Shown piece by piece: positions 56,821 to 64,000 of a DNA stretch of 64,000 bases. How positions within the stretch are numbered: the stretch's first letter is position 1; each line of letters opens with the position of its first letter. Made by a program: the position numbers and the translations under genes. The notes under the pieces were generated by a model. That model was not told the DNA's origin. It saw only the letters and a program-made list of their open reading frames with translations, and ran no database searches. Source of the DNA: an uncultured Candidatus Saccharibacteria bacterium (GTDB lineage: Bacteria; Patescibacteriota; Minisyncoccia; Phycocordibacterales; VMEP01); contig CAZOFV010000004.1 of assembly GCA_964579635.1 (NCBI GenBank), positions 817 through 64,816 on the forward strand. Reading direction: 5' to 3'.

Positions 56821-58002
56821 TTAAGAACTAGAGACTTCTTTGTCTATTTCCAACAACCGATCATACTTTACATGCCTAACAACTTGCGTTGGAACACCGA
56901 GTTTTAAACCAAAGGCTCCAACAGCATAAGCAAAATCAGCAATAAAAGTATCTTCTGTTTCTCCGCTTCTGTGCGATGCAATAACTTTCCAACCAAAATT
57001 ATTTGCTGTCCGCACCGCTTCCATCGCATCCGAAACACTCCCAATTTGATTTGGTTTTATTATAACCCCATTAATACTTTTGGTTCTTTCTGCGGTGCGC
57101 ATCAACTCTGAATTGGTTACTGTAAGGTCATCACCAGCAACTATTAAATTATCTCCGTGCAACGCCTTCATTTTTGCAAAAGACTGAAAATCATTTTCCT
57201 CGTAAGGATCTTCTATGTATATAAGGTTGTATTCTTTTATTGCTGTCTCAAAAAGAATATCTCTTTCTTCATTGGTAAGTTTTGCATTAGCACCAGCAAC
57301 ATCTGTTCCCATAGAAACGAACCCATCTTCAATAAGTTCTCCGGCCGCTTGTTTAATTAAACGAAATGGCTCAAGGTTATCACTAATCTCCGGAGCAAAC
57401 CCTCCTTCATCCCCCAATGGCAGTGCGTCGCCATATTGATCATTAAACATTTTTTTTAAATTACTCCAGAGGGATGCTTGAATCTCTGTCATTTCTGCAA
57501 AATTAGCACCATCAATAATCGCTAAATACTCCTGAAAGGCAAGTTTATTTTTTGCGTGCTCACCACCGTTAATCAAATTAACAAAAAGACGTGGTCGTTT
57601 TGTGTCTAATATTGATACTCCGGCCATCTCACGAAGATGCGCCCAAAGGGGTATTCCACGAGCATTTGCAGCAGCACGTGCAACGGCAATAGAAACCGCA
57701 AGAATAGTATTTGCCCCAAGACGACTTTTGTTTGCCGTACCATCAAGGATTTTCAACCTTCCATCGATATCTTTTTGCATAACACTTAAAGAGTTTTTAA
57801 GTGCTGGTAAAATAAAATCTTTAATGTTAAGAATAGCCTGTTCTGGAGAAACACAAACAGCCTCACCGGCACCACGGCTTTTCCCTTGTGGAACAGACGC
57901 CGAGGCGATAGATCCATCAGAAAGACGAACTATCGCTTCTACTGTTTTTTCTCCCCTAGAATCGAGGATTACACGAGCCGTAATATCATCTATCTCGTAC
58001 AT
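56821..58002 (-). CDS. eno: Enolase (divergent, shortened)
   Basis: ILDSRG, LGANTILAVS, GDEGGF, IEDP, GDDL, KPNQIG, SHRSGETED. Confidence 0.93.
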   Translation of the reverse strand: MYEIDDITARVILDSRGEKTVEAIVRLSDGSIASASVPQGKSRGAGEAVCVSPEQAILNIKDFILPALKNSLSVMQKDIDGRLKILDGTANKSRLGANTILAVSIAVARAAANARGIPLWAHLREMAGVSILDTKRPRLFVNLINGGEHAKNKLAFQEYLAIIDGANFAEMTEIQASLWSNLKKMFNDQYGDALPLGDEGGFAPEISDNLEPFRLIKQAAGELIEDGFVSMGTDVAGANAKLTNEERDILFETAIKEYNLIYIEDPYEENDFQSFAKMKALHGDNLIVAGDDLTVTNSELMRTAERTKSINGVIIKPNQIGSVSDAMEAVRTANNFGWKVIASHRSGETEDTFIADFAYAVGAFGLKLGVPTQVVRHVKYDRLLEIDKEVSSS

Positions 58003-58005
58003 ATT

Positions 58006-59025
58006 TTATTTAACCAAATTTACAGGAGTACCAGCTAAATAATTTTTAATGTTATCAACCGTTGTATCAAGAATACGACGAAGCGCTTCTCCTGTGTTAA
58101 AAGCGTTGTGTGGCGTCATAACAACATTTGGCAAATCAATAAGCACGTGATTTGCAATAATTGTTTTTAAATCATGACCCTCGCCACTTCCCTTTTTCAA
58201 AAACTCCATCTCGTCTTTTATTACCGCCTCCTCTTCAAGAACATCAAGTCCGGCTCCCGCAATCTTTCCGTCTTTAAGCGCACTTACTAAGGCCTGGGTA
58301 TCAATAATTGGCCCGCGACTAGTGTTAACAAGAATTGCTGTTTTCTTCATCAACGAAAATTTCTCTTCATTAAAAAGATGGTGTGTCGTCTTAAGATAAG
58401 GAACGTGAATTGTTACCACATCGCTTTCTTTAAGCAACTCATCGAAATCTTTGTATTCAAAACCAAGTTCTTTCGCTAAATTTTCGTTTGGATATGGGTC
58501 ATAGGCAACAACCTTCATACCAAAACCTTTAGCAATTTTTATAGAAAATTGCCCAATATGTCCTGCTCCAACAACTCCAATTGTCTTTCCCATCAAATCA
58601 AAACCTTGTAACCCATCAAAACTAAAACTTCCTTTTTCTTTAATTCTGTCGTATCCTTCAAAAATTTTTCGAGAAAGTGACAAAATTAAAGCGAAAGCAA
58701 ATTCAGCAACAGTATTTTCTCCGTAGGACGGTACAGAAGAAACAACAATTCCTCTTTCTTTACATGTAGCTAAATCAACGTGGTCATATCCAGTAGAACG
58801 GGTCGCAACAAATTTTAATTTAGGAAATTTCGATAAAACCTCGTTGTCGACAGTAGAATCAACAAACACTGAAACAATGTCAGCACTGGTGTCTGCTGGA
58901 ACATGGCTCTTATCTAGAATTTCTTCAGAAAACAAAATCTCCGCATCTCCCGCAACTTGAGCTACTTTTTCTTGTAGATATTCTCTTTCCCACTGCTTAA
59001 CTCCGTAAAATGAAATTTTTGTCAT
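58006..59025 (-). CDS. D-2-hydroxyacid dehydrogenase (D-lactate dehydrogenase-like)
   Basis: RSTGYDHVD, VAEFAFAL, GAGHIG, NTSRG, LDVLEEE, TPHNAF. Confidence 0.92.
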   Translation of the reverse strand: MTKISFYGVKQWEREYLQEKVAQVAGDAEILFSEEILDKSHVPADTSADIVSVFVDSTVDNEVLSKFPKLKFVATRSTGYDHVDLATCKERGIVVSSVPSYGENTVAEFAFALILSLSRKIFEGYDRIKEKGSFSFDGLQGFDLMGKTIGVVGAGHIGQFSIKIAKGFGMKVVAYDPYPNENLAKELGFEYKDFDELLKESDVVTIHVPYLKTTHHLFNEEKFSLMKKTAILVNTSRGPIIDTQALVSALKDGKIAGAGLDVLEEEAVIKDEMEFLKKGSGEGHDLKTIIANHVLIDLPNVVMTPHNAFNTGEALRRILDTTVDNIKNYLAGTPVNLVK

Positions 59026-59042
59026 GTGTGTATTTTACTACA

Positions 59043-61478
59043 TTAATTAATTTGAAGCGCCTTCTCTTTCTCCGCAACGACACCTCTTGTTTTTATGATT
59101 GTATCTGGGTTAAGTGACATACTTTCAATCCCCGCTTCAACTAAAAAGGCTGCAAAATCTGGGTAATCTGATGGCGCTTGCCCACAAATACCAACGTATT
59201 TACCTCGCGCACGACATTTCTTTATCGCCTCACTAATCATCTTCTTTACCGCTTCGTTATTTTCATTTGCGACATGACTAACAATTCCCGAATCTCTATC
59301 CAAACCAAGCGTTAATTGAGCAAGGTCGTTGGAGCCAATAGACATACCGTCAAAGATATCCAAAAATTCATCAGCCAACATAACGTTAGATGGAATCTCA
59401 CACATCACATAAACAGATACACCCTTTTTACCATCTTTTACCATAGAATTTGCAACAAGTCCGGCCTCAGCCATAATTTGAAGAGTTTGTTTTCCTTCCT
59501 CAACAGTACGACAAAATGGAACCATTGGAGTAACGTTATCAAGACCCATTTCTTCGCGAACCTTTCTGATTGCTAAACATTCAAGCTTAAAAGCTTCTTT
59601 AAACTTAAGGTCGTAATAACGAGATGCTCCACGCCAACCTATCATTGGGTTTTCTTCTGCCGGCTCATAAGCATCTCCACCCAAAAGAGTTCTGTATTCA
59701 TTCGTTTTAAAATCAGAAAAACGAACAATTGTTTCTCTTGGATAAAAAGCTGCCGCTATTTTACCGATTCCATAAGCAAGGCGGTCAACATAAAACTGAG
59801 TCTTGTCGGTATAACCAATAGTTTTCGCGTCAATTTTTTTACGAAGTGCCGGCGACAATTTTTTATAATTAAGTAAAGCAAGTGGATGAATACCGATTTC
59901 TGAAGCAATTATAAATTCCTCACGAGCAAGACCAACTCCATCCGCTGGTAAAAATGATTTTTCAAAAGCTGTGTCTGGGGTTGCAATATTAAGTGCAATT
60001 TTTGTTTTCGTTTTAGGAATTGTCTTTAAGTCATGTGTGACTATATCAAACTTAAGGTCACCAGCCATAACAACACCATCTGAGCCGGTTGTATCAACGG
60101 TCACCATCATTCCAGTTTTTATTTTTCGAGTTGCGTCTCCTGAACCAACAACCGCCGGAATCCCAAGTTCGCGAGCAACAATCGCAGCGTGTGATGTTCT
60201 TCCACCTTTATCGGTAATAATAGCCGAAGCAATTTTCATAATTGGCTCCCAGTCTGGATCGGTCATGTCAGTAACCAAAACTTCACCATGTTTAAATTCA
60301 CCAATTTTTTTGGCATCCATAATAATACGGGCCTTACCGACAGCAATAGAACTACCGACCGACACGCCAGCTGTTAAAACTTTTCCTTCTTCTTTACGAA
60401 CATATTCTTTAACTTTAGAAAAATCTCTTAAAGCCTGCACTGTCTCTGGTCTTGCTTGAACAATAAAAAGTTCGCCAGTATTGCCGTCTTTAGCCCACTC
60501 CATATCCATTGGTGTCCACTTTCCACCTTTATCTGAATAATGTTTCTCAATGATCATTCCCCAACGAGCAAGCTTTAAAATTTCCTCATCAGAAAGACAA
60601 AATTTACTTCGTTCAGCCGGTGTTGTTTTAATAATTTTTACAGGTCGAATTCCTTTTGCACCTGCAACATAAATCATTTTATCAGCCTTCTCTCCGAGCG
60701 TTTTTGAAATAATAGCTTTTGGCGCCGTCTCTATTGTATTTTTAAAAACAAAAAATTCATCTGGTGTCACTTGCCCTTGAACAACCATTTCTCCAAGACC
60801 GTAAGATCCATTTATCACAACTGTATCCCTAAAACCGGATTCCGTATCCACTGTAAACATCACACCAGACACACCCTTATCAGAACGAATCATTCTTTGA
60901 ACCCCAACAGAGAGCGCAATTGTGAAATGGTCAAAGCCTTTATCAACGCGATATGAAATAGCACGATTAGTGAAGAGTGAAGCGAATGCCGCCTTTGTAG
61001 CTTGCGTCACATCTTTTGCTCCACGAATTCCTAAGTATGTTTCGTGCTCGCCCGCAAATGACGCTCCCGGCAAATCTTCAGCCGTAGCAGAAGAACGCAC
61101 AGCAACATCAATATTCTTGCCATATCTCTTCTCCATCATTTCGTAACAAAGTGCAATTTGTCTATCTAGCTCAACTGGCACTTTTGTTGCAATAATACTT
61201 TCGCGAACCAACTTGCCGCGCTTTGATAAATCTTTCAAATTTTTTGTATCCAACCCCTTAAGCGCAGTTTTTACAAATTGCTCCATTCCCGTCTCTTGCA
61301 TAAAATAACGGTATCCATCAGCTGTAATAATAAAACCAGATGGCACCGCAACACCTTTCTCACCCAAGTTTTTTATCATTTCGCCAAGCGAAGCATTCTT
61401 TCCTCCAACAGTTGCAACATCTTCAATGCCGACATCTTCCATCCAGACAACGTATTTATTTTCATTCATCTCACTCAT
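59043..61478 (-). CDS. ppsA: Phosphoenolpyruvate synthase (pyruvate,water dikinase)
   Basis: VGGKNASLGEM, VRSSATAED, GGRTSHAAIVARE, SIGSNDL. Confidence 0.97.
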   Translation of the reverse strand: MSEMNENKYVVWMEDVGIEDVATVGGKNASLGEMIKNLGEKGVAVPSGFIITADGYRYFMQETGMEQFVKTALKGLDTKNLKDLSKRGKLVRESIIATKVPVELDRQIALCYEMMEKRYGKNIDVAVRSSATAEDLPGASFAGEHETYLGIRGAKDVTQATKAAFASLFTNRAISYRVDKGFDHFTIALSVGVQRMIRSDKGVSGVMFTVDTESGFRDTVVINGSYGLGEMVVQGQVTPDEFFVFKNTIETAPKAIISKTLGEKADKMIYVAGAKGIRPVKIIKTTPAERSKFCLSDEEILKLARWGMIIEKHYSDKGGKWTPMDMEWAKDGNTGELFIVQARPETVQALRDFSKVKEYVRKEEGKVLTAGVSVGSSIAVGKARIIMDAKKIGEFKHGEVLVTDMTDPDWEPIMKIASAIITDKGGRTSHAAIVARELGIPAVVGSGDATRKIKTGMMVTVDTTGSDGVVMAGDLKFDIVTHDLKTIPKTKTKIALNIATPDTAFEKSFLPADGVGLAREEFIIASEIGIHPLALLNYKKLSPALRKKIDAKTIGYTDKTQFYVDRLAYGIGKIAAAFYPRETIVRFSDFKTNEYRTLLGGDAYEPAEENPMIGWRGASRYYDLKFKEAFKLECLAIRKVREEMGLDNVTPMVPFCRTVEEGKQTLQIMAEAGLVANSMVKDGKKGVSVYVMCEIPSNVMLADEFLDIFDGMSIGSNDLAQLTLGLDRDSGIVSHVANENNEAVKKMISEAIKKCRARGKYVGICGQAPSDYPDFAAFLVEAGIESMSLNPDTIIKTRGVVAEKEKALQIN

Positions 61479-61490
61479 ATATTTATCTCA

Positions 61491-62807
61491 TTAAAATTTT
61501 ATTCCTATAATCAAATCTGAAACGTTTGAACCAGTATACCCCGACTTCAGTAAACCACCTGTTTTCTTAAAAAAAGAAGTGCTGTCATTCTTATCTAAAA
61601 ATTCCTCTGGTTTTAACGACAACCTCTCGGCTTCTTTCTTTAAAACATTATCGGCAATCGCCCCCATATACTCACCATTATCGCGTCCATCGGACGCAAA
61701 AGACAGTACGACTTCACCAAATCTAATGTCGGGAAGCACGCTTAAGACAAGTTCCTGATTTCTACCGCCGGAACCAAGCCCGTGCACCTTAACGGTCGTT
61801 TCCCCGCCATAAAGGAATACAGATCGTTTATGCGCACCTCTGACAGTTTCCAATATTTTAGGACCAACCTCTCTCGCTTCCCCTGTCAATTTATCATCTA
61901 TAATCCTAGCCTCAAACAAAAGCTCGTTGGCTCTTTTTTCCATAGCTTTTAATGCGACATCATTTGAAACAACTATTGTATTATAAACATTCTCAAAGTA
62001 TTTAGCCTCCTTTGGTGTTTCAAGTAAAATTTCTCCTATTTCATCTGGCATTGTCATTTTGTAACGATTAAAAATCTCTATCGCATCCCCCACTGTGGTC
62101 TCATCTCTAATAGTAGGACCTGAAGAAATAAATCCGGGGTTATTTCCAGGCACATCAGAAAAAATAAGAGAAACAACACGAGCTGGATATGCGTGTTTTG
62201 CCAAAAAACCACCACGAACGCCAGAGATGTGCTTTCTTATTGTATTAATTTCCTGAATCGTTGCACCAACACTAAAAAGTTCTTCAACAATTAATTTCTC
62301 ATCAATACAAGTACGATTATTATGAGGAAGACAAAGCAAGGTCGAACCACCACCAGAAATAGCCATAATCACAAAATCATCTTCTGAAAGGTCTTTAAGT
62401 AGATGAACAATTTCTTTTGAAACGGCAACATTTCCATCTGATGGAAAAGGATGAGTGCCAATAAAACTTCGAATATACTTTAATACATTAACTTCTGGAA
62501 GGTTCACATCAAAGACAATTCCGCCGGTCAGTTTATCTCCCAATATCTCCTCAACTGCGACAGCTGCGTCATAAGCACATTTACCAATCCCGATAAAGAA
62601 AATTCTTTTACCAGCATCAAGAGATCTTGCCACTAAACCATTACCAAAAATTATTTGTTTTTCGTTTGCGGTAATAAAATTTTGTACCGCCCTCTTTGTA
62701 TCAATAGCAAAAAGGCCAGCCTCAGCGATTTCCAAGGCAACCTTTCGCGAATCATTTATCGCAAGTTCTTTAAAATTTTTAATTTTACCAACCTCAACCT
62801 TCTGCAT
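61491..62807 (-). CDS. Glycerate 2-kinase (MOFRL/GckA-TtuD family)
   Basis: IGKCA, HPFP, ISGGGSTL, SDVPG..ISSGPT, GGETTV..GGRNQE, TGSNVSD. Confidence 0.9.
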   Translation of the reverse strand: MQKVEVGKIKNFKELAINDSRKVALEIAEAGLFAIDTKRAVQNFITANEKQIIFGNGLVARSLDAGKRIFFIGIGKCAYDAAVAVEEILGDKLTGGIVFDVNLPEVNVLKYIRSFIGTHPFPSDGNVAVSKEIVHLLKDLSEDDFVIMAISGGGSTLLCLPHNNRTCIDEKLIVEELFSVGATIQEINTIRKHISGVRGGFLAKHAYPARVVSLIFSDVPGNNPGFISSGPTIRDETTVGDAIEIFNRYKMTMPDEIGEILLETPKEAKYFENVYNTIVVSNDVALKAMEKRANELLFEARIIDDKLTGEAREVGPKILETVRGAHKRSVFLYGGETTVKVHGLGSGGRNQELVLSVLPDIRFGEVVLSFASDGRDNGEYMGAIADNVLKKEAERLSLKPEEFLDKNDSTSFFKKTGGLLKSGYTGSNVSDLIIGIKF

Positions 62808-62852
62808 TCAGCAAATTGTAACATATTTGCAATAATCAGTAGAAAATTTTTG

Positions 62853-63776
62853 TTACAAATCAATGTTTCTTAACACCTCAACTTTGCCAACAATAAGAGA
62901 ATCCGCCTCTTCTATTTCTCCATAGAAACGAATCCTATCTCCAACCTCAAAACGTGATAATTTTGCGTTATTTTTAAGACTATTTAAAACAACTGTTTTT
63001 TCGTTTAATTTAACTAAATAATCAACCCCGCCTACTGTTGCTGTAAAATTTAAAGGAAGTGTTGTTCCAGAAATTTCTTTAATGGTCCCCTGAAAATTTC
63101 TTGGTTTAAAAGTATTCATATCAACATAAACGACAATGTTTTTAGCAATCATCTGATTTGTTGCATGATTTAACACACCATCAACCTTTGTCACCTTGTC
63201 GCCATTGCGCAATGATGAAATATTAATTATTCGACTTCCTTTTTTTATTTGAGTTGTCGTTCCATTATTTACTGAAATGGTAATCGGCCCTTTAGATTTC
63301 GTGGTAAGAGTGAACGTATCAGAGTCTAAACGAATATTGCTTACTGTTCCCGAAAATTCATTATTCTCTGTTTGATTTGAAATATTACGCACAGTCCTTG
63401 GAATAATTGTCATTGTCTGAGAAGCGGATTCAAGTTCGCCCTCAATCACCAAGATATCTCCCTCCTTAACTTCTTTTACAGAAATAGGTTCACCGAATTT
63501 ATTTGCAAACTTAGTTTTACTATTTGTTTTTACCGTAAGCCTAATAAAACTTTCACCCCAAATTAGACGCGTAAAATAGGTGACGCCTGCAACCTGTGTC
63601 ACCTTAACCCCGCCGATAATAGCGCGACCTTCACGATCAACGTATATCTGCGAATAGGTATCATTAACAAGACTCTCAACTGTAGGGATAGTTGCCGCGT
63701 TAGCGTTCAAACCAAAAGTTCCAATAATAAATGCAGAGAACACAAAAATAGATATCATTAAAGCGTTATTTTTCAT
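62853..63776 (-). CDS. Secreted protein with three OB-fold-like (DUF5666-like) repeats
   Basis: Signal peptide ending ANA; repeated EVKEGDIL / SLRNGDKV / RFEVGDRI. Confidence 0.6.
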   Translation of the reverse strand: MKNNALMISIFVFSAFIIGTFGLNANAATIPTVESLVNDTYSQIYVDREGRAIIGGVKVTQVAGVTYFTRLIWGESFIRLTVKTNSKTKFANKFGEPISVKEVKEGDILVIEGELESASQTMTIIPRTVRNISNQTENNEFSGTVSNIRLDSDTFTLTTKSKGPITISVNNGTTTQIKKGSRIINISSLRNGDKVTKVDGVLNHATNQMIAKNIVVYVDMNTFKPRNFQGTIKEISGTTLPLNFTATVGGVDYLVKLNEKTVVLNSLKNNAKLSRFEVGDRIRFYGEIEEADSLIVGKVEVLRNIDL

Positions 63777-63815
63777 TCTAAAGATTCTACCGCCATAAAA
63801 CTGAAAAGCAAACTA

Positions 63816-64000
63816 CTACTTAAAATTTATTAAAAAACTATACATACCCATAGAACACAAACCTTGCATAGTGCCTTGCGCTTTATCAGCTGAAATTTCT
63901 ATTTCCTCAACCCCCGTTGGACTTAAAAACTTCTTATATGAAATTTCTGGGATAACCAAACTAGCTGAACAATCAAAAGTATTGGTTGTCTCCATTTTAA
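63816..64000 (-). CDS. C-terminal cupredoxin-like (CupA-type) domain; gene starts beyond the window
   Basis: Manual translation ...KMETTNTFDCSASLVIP...GLCSMGMYSFLINFK*; Cys plus CSMGMY copper-site-like motif. Confidence 0.7.
   Translation of the reverse strand, partial: KMETTNTFDCSASLVIPEISYKKFLSPTGVEEIEISADKAQGTMQGLCSMGMYSFLINFK

Noticed and set aside
1-64000. Alternative genetic code (UGA=Gly)
   Set aside because: Conserved genes are full length under code 11 with no internal TGA breaks

Overview
AT-rich bacterial chromosome segment, genetic code 11, with almost all genes on the minus strand. Gene content and reduced proteins (short L13, 618-aa AlaRS, Nudix-containing LeuRS, archaeal-type AspRS, FtsA-like gene pair) point to Patescibacteria/Parcubacteria; this is inferred, not proven. 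Core genes: aspS, trpS, grpE-dnaK-dnaJ, the infA-to-rpsI ribosomal/rpoA cluster, alaS, mnmA, two mltG, leuS, ychF, ddl, uvrB/A/C, tgt, a glycerate kinase-ppsA-hydroxyacid dehydrogenase-eno cluster, tRNA-Ala(UGC) and tRNA-Pro(CGG). Most notable observations: (1) a small branched palindromic element found three times, one copy built from direct and inverted duplications of the tRNA-Ala 3' end; (2) five orphan genes with Shine-Dalgarno sequences, downstream hairpins and mostly their own promoters, in a genome whose core genes lack SD; (3) two large Cys-rich surface proteins sharing a ~190-200-aa C-terminal module, one with an apparent internal signal peptide. No CRISPR array, rRNA, integrase or transposase was seen. 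All calls come from reading motifs by eye, without database searches.
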